Positions 1 through 11,805 of a DNA stretch of 64,000 nt are shown here, in pieces. Under the pieces are notes generated by a model that worked only from the letters and a program-made list of their open reading frames with translations, had not been told where the DNA came from and ran no database searches. The position numbers and the translations under genes are program-made. How positions within the stretch are numbered: position 1 is the first letter of the stretch; each line of letters opens with the position of its first letter. This DNA is from Octopus bimaculoides (lineage: Eukaryota): the NCBI RefSeq assembly GCF_001194135.2, contig NC_068986.1, forward strand, positions 92,922,792-92,986,791, read 5' to 3'.

Positions 1-815
1 TATATATATATATATATATATATATATGCATATATGTGTATATATGCATATAAATTTACATATGCATAAAAATGTATATGTATATATATGCTATATATAT
101 TTATTATGCATATATTCATACGCACACAAATATATATGTGTTTGTGTGTGTTTGAATGTATGTATGAATGGATGGATAGACGGATGACTGGATTGATGGA
201 TGGACGGATGGATGGATACTCACTCACACACATACGCATCATTCCATGTTTTTAAGTCATGATTACATTTTTTTTTTTATCATTAGGTTTTGTGCAATTG
301 ACTTTCTAGTCAACGTTCTGCAGTACACATCAGTGAATCCGAAACAATGCAAAATAAACAGCAATTAGGATAGTTAGAAGTATTGGACGTCTTTGATTGG
401 TCAATTTGGTCGATGACGTCGAGTACTTTTTGTTAGGATTCAGGAGGTGGTTCTGCTTTGAAGTTAACCATTTCTAACAGAGATATGTAATGAGCGCTTT
501 TTGTATTTTATTCCCACGAGATAATAAAGACAATTGTGCGTGCGTGTGTGTGTTTATGTGTGTATGTGTGTGTGTATATGTTTCCGTGGGTGTTTTGTGT
601 GTGTATGTCTGTCTGTGTGTGTGTATGCGTGTGTTTGTGTGTGTACGTGTGCGTGCACGTCTCTGTGTGTGTGTATGTATGCATGGTTGTTTGTGCGTAT
701 CTGTATATAAGGCATATCTGTCTACCTATGTCTGCCTATCTGTCTGTCAGTCTGTCTGTCTCTCTGTTTATCTATTTATCTTTATACACACACACATACA
801 TATGTATATATTATT

Positions 816-871
<56 letters not shown>

Positions 872-931
872 GTATATATATACAAACACACGTTTATATA
901 TATTTTAATATATATATTATACATGTGTGTT

Positions 932-966
<35 letters not shown>

Positions 967-1544
967 TGTATATAAATTTATGTGTGTGTGTGTGTGTGTG
1001 CATACAGGCTAGCGCGAACACAGAAACACACATATACACACACACACATACGCACAAACATTTACAGATACATCTGTGTATGTATGTATGTATGTATGTA
1101 TGTATGTATGTATGTAGACACAAAAGAGAAATATCACATCAGCAACACCAACACCGACATAAACAACAGCAAGAACAATGCTCCAATATCTGTCGAGCAT
1201 CAGATTAACTAAAAATCAATAAAGTCAAATATACAATATTATTCATTCAGTTATATATTTTTTTTTTACCTCGTGGCATAGTTATTCGTCGCGAGTTTTT
1301 TAATAGACTTTGGATGAAATATGTTAACGCGAGCCTATCTTCAGTCATAGGTCAGTTTGTGGAAGGTGTGCTCGACTGGAAAGACTTAGGAATTTAAATC
1401 TATCCAGTATCCACAGACCCCTGAAATTTGATTTTCCAGGAGTGAAGTGTCGTTATGAGTTAAGCTTGACGTTTATTGCAAGGAATCGTTTATTGTTGTG
1501 TTGTGTGTGCGTGCGTGTGTGTATGTGTGTGTGTGCGTGTGTGT

Positions 1545-1576
<32 letters not shown>

Positions 1577-2311
1577 TACAATAGGCTAATCAGGAGTTCT
1601 TTCATTTTTGTTTGGCTTGCTAGTTTTCTTTTCTGTCACTCCGTAGTAAAATGAAGAGAGAAAATAGTAGCTGTGCCGAGAGTGACGGAAGAAGNNNNNN
1701 NNNNNNNNNNNNNNNNNNNNNNNNNNNNNNNNNNNNNNNNNNNNNNNNNNNNNNNNNNNNNNNNNNNNNNNNNNNNNNNNNNNNNNNNNNNNNNNNNNNN
1801 NNNNNNNNNNNNNNNNNNNNNNNNNNNNNNNNNNNNNNNNNNNNTATATATATATATATATATATATATATCCCAATGTGTTCATCTTCTATCCATTCTA
1901 AGAGTAAGGAAGTCAGCAAAACAGGGAGTCAAGTGAGCAGGCAGTGAAATATACAGTGGGATGAATAAAAGAATGAAGAGAGAAAGACTCAGTGCAAATA
2001 AGCGAGGGCTGGAACGATAAGACAGAACTCTACGATAGAAATAAAGAATTAGAAAGGAATCGTGATAAATTAACAAAGGTATAGAGTGAATAATTGACAG
2101 AAAGATGTGGGGGATGAGAGAGAAACGGAGAGGGATTCTTTATGTTTCTTATTTGCTGATGTGCTGCGACGTAGCATATGTGAAGGAAAATTGAATTACG
2201 AATTAAAAGCAGCTCTAGTAATGTAAACATCATCGGTCACGCGCACATAGCGTATGTGCTTTGTTTAAACGCCTATTTGCTGCAGGATAGCGGCCAATGA
2301 GGCGAGACTAT

Positions 2312-2515
2312 CGTTGTAGGGAATTAGTACTAATGGTATACTCCCCACCATGTGACGAATGGATTAACATAGTCACTATAAATAAAGAGAAGTACGTGAA
2401 GTACTGGAGTACGTAGTAGGCCGGTCAGAGATAGTCGTGTCTTTACTGGTCTTACTAAGTATATTGTATACCGAAGTGGGTGTTATATAAATCCAACATT
2501 AAAAGGATTACAACA
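2312..2515 (+). mobile_element. Putative 5' LTR of a Ty3/Gypsy retrotransposon
   Basis: Termini cGTTGTA...TACAACA form a 7-bp inverted repeat with one mismatch (TG..CA type). Internal TATAAATA. Followed after 1 nt by a PBS-like TGGTGACGAAGAT and then gag/pol relics. No matching 3' LTR found. Confidence 0.55.
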
Positions 2516-2516
2516 G

Positions 2517-2529
2517 TGGTGACGAAGAT
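2517..2529 (+). promoter_or_regulatory. Primer-binding-site-like motif of the Gypsy element
   Basis: TGGTGACGAAGAT directly after ...TACAACA-g. TGG start (complement of tRNA CCA) and position match typical Gypsy PBSs. Confidence 0.55.
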
Positions 2530-2579
2530 TTAAATAATTCGCGAGGAATTAATAAGCTCGACGAGGATACACCATTTCA

Positions 2580-3190
2580 TGTGGAGTTAATAGAAACTCG
2601 AAGAGGAGTTAATAAACTCACAAAGTTTTGTTGCGCAAATTTTACAAAAAAGAAAAAAAAAAGAAAAAAATCGTACAATTATGGAAAATTTGTCGGCCAA
2701 TTTGTTCGGGTTGCAAAAACTGCAACAACAACAACTGAAAGAACAAAAATAGCAGCAGCTAAAACTGCAAGAACAACAGCTGAAGCAATAACAAATAATA
2801 TCATAAATAGTATGTCATCAGACATACTACTTATAATAGTGTGTCATCGAACATACAATAAATAATATGTTATCGGAAGAAATTGGTAATAGAACGATGA
2901 GGAAATTCGTGAATGTGAAAATCAGAAATACAAGTGTTAAAATGCAACTGGACACTGGCAGTGACATCACCATTATAAACGAAAAAAACGTGTAAATATG
3001 TCGGTAAGCCGAATTTGATTAAATCTAAAAAGATAGCACATGGTGTTACGGGAAAAAGACTATATTTTTTCGGTGAATTTATATATAATGTAACATTTCG
3101 AGGTCAAGCAAAAAAGGTAAAGATATATGTGTTAAAAAGTTCACTTAATTTATTCGGCACAGAGCGGATGGAATATTTATAGTATGGAAT
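2580..3190 (+). pseudogene. Gypsy gag remnant (Gln-rich) plus aspartic protease, frameshifted
   Basis: Manual translation: LQQQQLKEQK*QQLKLQEQQLK, then RKFVNVKIRNTSVKMQLDTGSDITIINE (DTG at 2951-2959), frameshift, TCKYVGKPNLIKSKKIAHGVTGKRL, GEFIYNVTFRG...VLKSSLNLFGTE. Confidence 0.85.
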
Positions 3191-3349
3191 ACGCCCATAA
3201 GTGTTTTGTGTGGAAATTTAGTCGGTTCAGTCGAAGGTTCAAATGCAGCTCTGGGATAAAAGAGAAAATTGTAGTAAAACAGATTAGAAAAACCAGTATG
3301 TAAGTCATAACGAAATGAAAAACTGCTCACGATAATAAGTAAACATTGT

Positions 3350-4060
3350 TCGAAACTAGCTGTACCGTGATCGAGGCTACACGTCGATTTCACTGGTCCT
3401 TTAAATGGTTCTTAGTACTTAGTAGTGGTTGACAGTTTCTTGAAATCTATAAGTTTAAAAAACCAACCTCCTCAACTCTGATAAATTTTTTACACGAACT
3501 GTTTGCAAGATTTGGCATCCAAGACTAGATAGTGTCTGACAATAGAATGCAGTTTGTGTCTGTTAATTTAGGAATTTTTGTGAAATGTTCGTGGTAGAAC
3601 ATGTAGCTACTGCGCCATACCATCCCAGATATAACGGACAGGCAGAACACTTTGTCGATACCTTCAAGAGATCTATAAGGAAGACGAACAAGGAAGTCAC
3701 AGATGAGGTAGCTCTACAACAGTTTTTAAAAGTGTACTGTGTGACACTAAATCCGAATACACCAACAGGTAGATCACCTGCGGAGCTGATGTTTGCGAGG
3801 AAAGTAACATCAGTCTTCCATAAATTGCTACCGGGCAAGAAGAGAAAAAATGCCAGGGAAAATTTAGCAGCATTCTTAAAAGTTGGTGAAAAGGTGTATA
3901 GGAGGGTATACAAGAATGGAAAGCAGAGTTGAGAAGATGGCGCAATTAATAAATGCATAGGTAAAATGATGTATTGGGTAAAAAGTAGAAAAGGCATACA
4001 AAAGAAACACGGGAACCAACTGAAAAATAGATTCGTGGAAAGCGAACCAAAGAAGTTGGA
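3350..4060 (+). pseudogene. Gypsy integrase (rve) remnant
   Basis: P*SRLHVDFTGPLNGS*YLVVVDSF, HELFARFGIQD*IVSDN, and ORF 3585-3932 TAPYHPRYNGQAEHFVDTFKR...TGRSPAELMFARK. These are typical Gypsy integrase core motifs with stops and frameshifts. Confidence 0.9.
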
Positions 4061-5752
4061 GGAACCTTCTTGACCATATTATGGTCAGGAAGATAACTTT
4101 AATAGGCACTCAAAAAATGAAAGAAAGTGAATGCTGAACAGACCGACTACGGTCAGATTGTGCTCAAGTATCCCCAAGTATCAAACAGTTCAATTGCTGC
4201 AAGGTCAATAATCCCCATATTTTAAGGACTGTAGTCACCTTCAAACTTCGTCGATTTTGCTTTTAATCTTCGCAGGGCCGAGTACTGCGCTTGGTATAAT
4301 CCACTAACTTCACACCCTAAAATTGCTGAATCCATTATTATATAGAGATTTAATGAAGAAATTATTTAATCTCGATGTGAAAATGTGCAGATAAATCGCA
4401 AGAATTTCGACGGTTAAGAATGAGGATAGTCTCACTAGTTTTGTCTCTCATGAGACTTATCAGGGATCGCTTAACTCGTCTTTTACAAGCCGAACATTCC
4501 CAGCTTTTAACCGCCAAAGCCCCTATAGTTTATCTATAGTCTTATTTCTACAGCAAGATTAAGATGCATCTTTATTAACACATTTCCATGATTAACACAC
4601 ACGCGTGCGCGCAGAACACAACACAGCACACAAACCCACAGGTATACGCATACATGCATATAGACATATGATAAAATAAATTCAAATAAAATTGATGGAA
4701 AATAAGCCCGGTTTAAATATGGTGTTGGAATGGAAGAGTTTGTGGGGCTGTGTTGATGGAGAAGATAACTAGATTAAGGGGTCGAGCTATGGTAACTCAC
4801 TATTAAATGTTGAATATGTTTCAACTTGTTCCAATGAAAAGTCCTACAAATATTCATTATTGATGTTGTTATTGTTTTCTTTGACATCCGATCAAAGCCA
4901 TTCCTGTCGTGACCATATCGTCTTTTATCACACAGAATGTATTTAGAAATTTATTATTTAATGAGCCCTTTCTTTTAAAATGGTTGGGTGAAAGCTGGAT
5001 GGGATTTGACTGCAGTTTCTAGCACGTTGAGCGACTACAGAGAGACTGTCTCCTCCTCTTCGATGTCATTGTTGTTGTTGTTGTTGTTGTGTTGGTTGTT
5101 GTTGTTCTTCTTCTCCTCCTCCTCCTCCTCCTCCTCCTCCTCCTCCTCCTTCTTCTTCTTCTTCTTCTCTAAAAGTTAACTTTTTTTGAGTTGATTTGTT
5201 GTTCAGACCCATATAGCTCAGGTCTAGTAATTGAATGATAAGTGCGTTTCAACAAGTGACTATCCCATTTTTTTCAGGAAATGTATCAAGGATTACATTA
5301 TGTCTTCATATAATAAGTGACACTCGTAAGAACACGCTGGTATGGTTTGATGTTTAGGCTTCATTTTAATTGTCTTAAGTTTCTCAATTACAAAGAAATT
5401 CTCTGTGTGTAAAGACATGACGCGTACTTGAGCATATATTTGGTGTTGTATATGTGTGTATGTGCGTATGTGTTTGTTAGAATGTGATGGATTAATGTAG
5501 TGTGTGTGTGTTTCTTAAGTGCAGTGTATGGTGTATTTGGAAAAGTAGTTAAAGGAACGTAAGATGAAAGTTTAACCCGTAGGATAAAAAAAAAAAATTC
5601 CAAGAAGAAATAAACATGTCCTTGTTCGTTTCGAAAGTTGGGGTAGGGACGAGGATTCGGCATGCAAGGTAAGCCCGAAAACGAAGAGGTGCTAGGTAAC
5701 TGAGTTAGTTCACTGAGTGGAGATGATGGGCGATGGAAGACCTGTTGTTGAG

Positions 5753-5828
5753 TCACATAATCTCCGAGGTACTCAGAGAATCTATTTGACTTATCTTCGG
5801 CCATTTATCCATTGCACATCGGTTCCCA
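5753..5828 (-). CDS. Candidate terminal coding exon, unknown product
   Basis: Acceptor tatttaaatag| at 5829. Joined to the 7247-7361 exon it reads (C)GNRCAMDKWPKISQIDSLSTSEIM* (frame inferred). Non-repetitive, more GC-rich than its flanks. No homology recognised. Confidence 0.3.
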
Positions 5829-6683
5829 CTATTTAAATAATATATGAGGTACGTGGGAAGAGGCAGTAAAACGGAAATTTTGCTGACAGTGGGTGAATTT
5901 AGAATTTATTAAATAATCGTTTATTTAAACATTTCAATTTTTTTTTCGTTGTATCAATATATAAACTCTCTATAAAAGTAGACAAAGTCCAACAATTTCA
6001 TCTTTTGTATAGTAAATCAGAATTCCTCTATAATTAAGCTTAAATTAATAGGTTGCCCATATATGTTTTAAAGATCTTAAAATATGTCATTTAAGATATA
6101 CTTATTTTCAATGAATACATACGAATTTAAAACAAAGATTTACCTATTCTGGTTGAATGTTAAATTTACATATGTTGAAAGACATAATTCTTTTGAAGTA
6201 ATACTTAAGGCCGCTGGTGTTTGATACCAATGTAGATTTATGATAATTTAATTGGCACGGAAAGCTCTTACAAATTCTAACAGAAATCTATAAGTATTAA
6301 TTTTCTCTCCATTATCCACACTTAAATACGGGATTGTAAACCATGTCTTAGTAACAGTGATGCTTAAACTATACTTATTAAAAACCAAGCGTAGCTTGCG
6401 AGTTTTGAAATATTCCGTTTTACGATGTTTCTGAAGGAGGCGGTGTGATTTTAATATTGTTACTTGATCATTCAGTCAATCTGACGTATTGCTTAAAGTT
6501 GGTGTTACGGCTTGCATTCGTAGGTCTGACCTCTGCTTCATTAATGATAACCTTGGTGTTATGTGGCCTATTCAGCGGGTATGATGTAGAGTTCCTGCAT
6601 AAACATCCGTGGTTATGTTTAGTTTATGTGATATAATTTGGTTCATGTTAGGGGTGCAGCTATGAGTAGTCTTAATTGCATAT

Positions 6684-6909
6684 CTACTCTTTTACTCTTT
6701 TACTTGTTTCAGTCATTTGACTGCGGCTATGCTGGAGCACCGACTTTAGTCGAGCAAATCGACCCCAGGACTTATTCTTTGTAAGCCTAGTACTTATTCT
6801 ATTGATCTCTTTTTGCTGAACCGCTAAGTTACGGGGACGTAAACACACCAGCATCGGTTGTCAAGCGATGGTGGGGGGAAAAACACAGACACACAAGCAC
6901 ACACACACA

Positions 6910-6970
<61 letters not shown>

Positions 6971-7133
6971 GACGGGCTTCTTTCAGTTTCCGTCTACCAA
7001 ATCCATTCACAAGGCTTTGGTCGGCCCGAGGCTATAGTAGAAGACACTTGCCCAAGGTGCCATGCAGGGCGACTGAACCCGGAACCAAGTGGTTGGTAAG
7101 CAAGCTACTTACCACACAGCCACTCCTGCGCCT
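6684..7133 (-). mobile_element. tRNA-derived SINE family A, full length, with internal (TACA)n(TA)n
   Basis: Minus strand: head GGAGTGGCTGTGTGG (A box), GGTTCAGTC (B box), ACCTTGGGCAAGTG (CORE-like), microsatellite, body, tail TGACTGAAACAAGTAAAAGAGTAAAAGAG. Many similar copies in the window. Confidence 0.85.
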
Positions 7134-7246
7134 ATTGAACAATTTCATGTATTTGTACTCAGATAATAAGTGTCTATTAAATATATAAAAATTTTGTTTA
7201 AATTTGACCTAACACTGCGTGAGAAAATGAGTGCAAATGAAATTAC

Positions 7247-7361
7247 CACTCCGCAACTCGTTCTCTTGGTGGTGCCCCGAAGTAAGTTGTCGGTGAACTT
7301 AACTTTGAACCCATTGATCTCAAAGGCATCGTTGTAGTAAGGTGTTGCTCTGTAGAGAAAT
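7247..7361 (-). CDS. Candidate internal exon, unknown product
   Basis: Acceptor ttttgcaaag| (alternative tttctctacag| giving start 7349) and donor GTG|gtaatt. Two open frames: DFSTEQHLTTTMPLRSMGSKLSSPTTYFGAPPRERVAE or FLYRATPYYNDAFEINGFKVKFTDNLLRGTTKRTSCGV. Unique, GC-elevated island. Confidence 0.4.
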
Positions 7362-7638
7362 CTTTGCAAAATGACAGATTAAGCATACACTCATGATTGC
7401 TTAATGCTACAGCTAGCAGTTAAAAGATAGAGACACAACATATGATGCCAGCTACTTAGAAGATCACCGAAAAAGGCCAAACCATAATAAATGCATTCAG
7501 GATAGATAAGTTCTGGCTTGCTGAAAATGCATCATTTTCAGGAACTTAAGAAACCCAGAGTTGAAATTAAATGCTAACACAATTTTTTCAGTCTCTGCAG
7601 ACACGAGGAAAAATTCGTATTCAGAAACTGGATACACG

Positions 7639-7719
7639 CTTATAAGCCTCAAAGGAGCCTGACCGCTTATAAGCCTCTAAGGAGCCTGACCGCTTATAAG
7701 CCTCTAAGGAGCCTGACCC
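7639..7719. repeat. 27-bp tandem repeat x3
   Basis: Unit cttataagcctctaaggagcctgaccg at 7639, 7666 and 7693, each nearly identical. Confidence 0.95.
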
Positions 7720-8099
7720 CTTAAGTCTCCAGAAAAATGGTAAGTCTTTCTCTATAAAGCATTTTCTCAACATTTTCCAAATCTTTTCCATGTTTTTTCC
7801 CAAAATTTTCCCAAGTTTTTCCATATTTTATGGGGGACGGGATTTCCTCCTCTTCCACCTCTCTCCCTTACTCCTTCCCGCTTCTTTTCTCCCCCCTCTC
7901 TCTTTATCTGTTGTTTATGTGGTAGTACGTATGGTCATGCAAGAAAATGTGTGAGTGTGTATTTTGTGATATCGTATCTATATGAATGTATGTGGTTGGG
8001 TGTGTCTGTGTCGGTATGTGTATACATACTTGTGTGTATATACTCGTGTGTGTCTGTATATACATGTATATATATATATATATATATAATGAAGTAACA

Positions 8100-8600
8100 G
8101 TGTTGGCTTCCTGATACATAGTTCTTTCACTTCTTTATTCTATCTTATATTGTTTTCCAATTTCAATTTCTGGTATGCATGCTCTCTTGGGCAGACATGA
8201 GATGTGATCTCCGGCCAAATGTAACAGTTGCTTAAAGTAATCTAACATATTCAGTCTCCCATTTGATCTCAGAACATAAGGATTCATACCTGGTGACAGA
8301 ACTGCTAGAATATACTCAAAAGCCAATCAAATTTGGTTCCTTGAGCAAATATATTGGTTTCCACATATAGTTTATCTGGAACAGGTGTAAACATCACCTT
8401 AATTTTCTTCAGGTTTATTTTCTTGAGTCTAAAAGTAGATCAGGCGCTGGAGGAGGGATTCATCCTTTTTTTCTTTTTTTTTTTTTAGTACTTTGGTCTC
8501 AATGAATCACCAGAGAACCAATACTGACCTGACATTGGTGATGCCCTGGTTGAAGTTACTGATGAACTTATCTTTCAACTCACTGACCATCACAACTGCA
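8100..8600 (-). mobile_element. Decayed RTE (BovB-like) LINE RT C-terminal fragment
   Basis: Minus translation DKFISNFNQGITNVRSV and FRLKKINLKKIKVMFTPVPDKLYVETNIF resembles RTE 'GLTISLKKTEVMFQPAPG..YVEPNIF'. Many stops. Confidence 0.55.
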
Positions 8601-8667
8601 AAGACCGAAATTGCGACGATCTGTAGTATTTAACATGCTGAGAGTGGTCAATACCTGATGACAACAA

Positions 8668-8848
8668 CGTCTGAAATTAGCAGGGAAGGTGCTAGTCGAT
8701 TACATTGACCCCATTGCTCAACTGGTACTTATTTTATCGATCTCAAAAGGATGAAAGGCAAAGTCGACCACGGCGGAAATGGAACTCAGAGCAAGAAGAC
8801 AGACGAAATTGCCCGGCGTGCTAACGCTTCTGCCAGCTCGCTGCCTTA
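8668..8848 (-). mobile_element. SINE family C (tRNA head + Nin/Deu-like domain)
   Basis: Minus: GCGAGCTGGCAGAAGCGTTAG...GAGTTCCATTTCCGCCGTGGTCGACTTTGCCTTTCATCCTTTTGAGATCGATAAAATAAGTACCAG. Confidence 0.8.
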
Positions 8849-9183
8849 GTTAGTTTAATAATAGTATATAATATTTTCACTTTCCCTGTTGATTTGTGCC
8901 TGATATAATTTCGTTAGTTTTTACCATTCTTAGTAATTCCTAATTGGTTTTGTGTTCTGTCCTCGAGATTCTCAAAAGTTTTCTATATTCCTACCTCTCA
9001 AAGACTTTTAATACATTTGATGTAGTCAATCAGCCATCACTCGCGAGCGAGTATGACTTAGTAACTTACATGTATTATGCTTTTGCTAATTGTTATAGGT
9101 GCCTATGTGGTTGCCAGCATAGACACCTTCTCTGGCCTCTAACTCTTGATCTAGTGAAGCATCCAAGATGTAATAGCTGGCAG

Positions 9184-9245
<62 letters not shown>

Positions 9246-10248
9246 GAGGTCCACGCCAACAACCGGCTACTACTCATTACAATTATGTAAACTAGGACAT
9301 CGTGAAATGGGGTGTCTTGCTCCAGAACACAACGCGCTGCTCGGCTCAAGAATTGAACCTGCAACCAGGGCCGCTTTAGCAGCATTACAGACCCCCGAGC
9401 AAATCAATGTACTGGGCCATGTAGTATTTATTGACAGAAAGCCATAACATATATAAATCAGAGTCGGGCCTCCTGACTCGTGACGTCCTTCGGCATTTGT
9501 CCAGTGTACATTTCTTATGTTTTCCATGAATTTTTCACGGGTTCAGCTAGTTATAATAAATAGATCTATAATTTTCTACTAATAATATAATAGTACTCAG
9601 CGAAATTTTTTAGTACTCAAACATTCTCGTAACTTTTTTGGGTAGGGTGGGGATCTTGTCTGTTTGATTGCCAGCATCAATTTTCTGTTCGAATTGATTT
9701 CATATTCAGTGTAATGATACACTTTTATAGGCTAATTAATGAAGTGAAAGTAATTTTTGTTATAAATCAATAAATAAAGAGTTATTGTTATTAGTAATTA
9801 AAGTTTGAAAATTTTGGTAATTTTAGTCAATCGTAAGCCACAGACACATTGATGTTTTTCTTTTTTAAATTAACATAAACATTTATTTACATGAAAGAAA
9901 ATTACCGGAGAACTTTCGTGCAAAAAATAACAGCCAAATAAGATTTATTTACATGGAAGTGTAAGAGGTAGATATATTGGTTGGCACTGGAAGGGTGCCA
10001 CATAATCCCTTACATAAATGTTAGAGGAAAATATCAGAACAAGAAAACACCCGAACATAAAAACAATCCTTTTATTTTGTTTGTACAAAATATTTACACC
10101 TTGGGACAATCAGTAGCTAGGTCTGGTGTGGAAGCAGCAAAGTCGGAGTTAATCATACTTTGTGAATAACGGAGTGACGTTATTCGAAAGCTAAACAATG
10201 TGAAGAGGATTGTGACCAGCGATGCATAAAAACATTAGATAGTCTGGC

Positions 10249-10316
<68 letters not shown>

Positions 10317-10404
10317 TTTAGCTAGACCAGTTATCTTTTCCACGCTATATACACGCGTGCGTGTATGTATATACATAGATATACATTTGTAAATATGAAG
10401 AAAG

Positions 10405-11325
10405 AAAAATGAAAATGGAAATCACGAGATTCTTTATTAACCACTACGATTGTTTCAACCCATCGTTTATTGGTGCCTCGCGGGTGAGATGTTGTACAAA
10501 CAGTTGTGGTCCATCATTGGACTTGTCAAAAGGTACCTTGTTTTTTAATCTTCGTTTCGCTTATTTCGAATAGAATACATTTTGGTAGTTGTCTGTAGCT
10601 ACTCGCACACATGAGAAACTTGAATTGAAATGAAGAGCACTTCTTGTATAAGTAATAAACTGACTTACAAAGAATCAAAAATAAAATAAGTATGAAAATA
10701 AATAAATAAGTGGATGAAATAATCCATTCTACTTAAGGCACAAGGCCTGAAATTTTGGGGAACAGGACTAGTCAATTATATCGACTCCATTGTTTCACTG
10801 GTACTTATCTAATCGACTCCGAAAGGATGAAAGGTAAAGTCGACTTCGGCCGAATTTGAACTCAGAACGTAAAGACGGACGAAACGCCGCTAAGCATTTT
10901 GCCCGACGTGCTGACGATGCTGCCAGCTCAACGCCTTAAAGTAGATGAAATAATGAAATCACAACGCATTTCATTATCAGCGTAGAGCATATTATTTAGT
11001 TCACTTATTTATTTTTATACTTATTGTATTTTTGATTCGTTGAAGTCAATTTATTACTTTTAGGAGAAGTGTTCTTCGTTTTAACTCAAGATTTTCGTAT
11101 ATGCAAGTAGCTAGAGACAACCACCAAAATGTATTTTAATCGAAATGAGCGATACGGAGATTAAAAAATGAGGTCCCTTTTGACAAATCATCTGACGAAG
11201 CACATCTGCACCAATAATGCACTACAACTGTTTATACAGCACCTCACCCGCGACGGACCGATGCACAATGAGTCGAAACGATCGTAGTGATTAATAAAGA
11301 ATCTCGTGAATTCCATTTTCATTCT
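10405..11325. repeat. Long inverted repeat (arms ~10405-10538 and ~11171-11325), Penelope-like remnant
   Basis: aaatggaaatcacgagattctttattaaccactacgat... pairs with ...atcgtagtgattaataaagaatctcgtgaattccatttt. The right arm contains GAAACGATCGTA, a hammerhead-like palindromic stem III. Confidence 0.75.
10733..10938 (-). mobile_element. SINE family C
   Basis: Same head and TTTCATCCTTTCGGAGTCGAT domain as 8668-8848. Lies inside the inverted-repeat spacer. Confidence 0.85.
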
Positions 11326-11417
11326 CTTTCTATCACACTTTATAAATTCTACGTACACGAAGGAATTCCTGAAGTAAATCTACTGGCATTTAAATCCATA
11401 CTGTTGATGATATTGAA

Positions 11418-11805
11418 GGCGCAATGACCCAGTGGTTAGGGCAGCGGACTCGCGGTCATAGGATCGCGATTTCGATTCCTAGACCGGACGTTGTGAATGT
11501 TTATTGAGCGAAAACACCTAAAAGCTCCACGAGACTCCGGCAGGGGATGGTGGCGAACCCTGCTGTACTCTTTCACCACAACTTTCTCTCACTCTTTCTT
11601 CCTGCTTCTGTTGTGCCTGTATTTCAAAGGGTCAGCCTTGTCACACTGTGTCACGCTGAATATCACCGAGAACTACGTTAAGGGTACACGTGTCGGTGGA
11701 GTGCTCAGCCACTTGCACGTTAAATTCACGAGCAGGCTGTTCCGTTGATCGGATCAACTGGAACTCTCGACGTCGTAAGCGACGGAGTGCCAACAACAGC
11801 AACAA
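11418..11805 (+). mobile_element. tRNA-derived SINE family B, full length
   Basis: Head GGCGCAATGACCCAGTGGTTAGGGCAGCGGACTCGCGGTC...TTTCGATTCC, (CAA)n-like tail. Closely similar copies at 25247 and 53103. Confidence 0.85.

Noticed and set aside
5388-5804. 138-aa ORF MAEDKSNRF... as a gene
   Set aside because: In-frame TAA immediately precedes the ATG, there is no convincing donor, and the C-terminal half is low-complexity. More simply read as 3'UTR after the candidate terminal exon, though not excluded.
7639-7719. CRISPR-like array
   Set aside because: Repeats are contiguous with no spacers, and the context is eukaryotic.
11418-11490. tRNA genes at SINE heads (also 24503, 25247, 49310)
   Set aside because: A and B boxes continue into SINE bodies with no intact cloverleaf or terminator.
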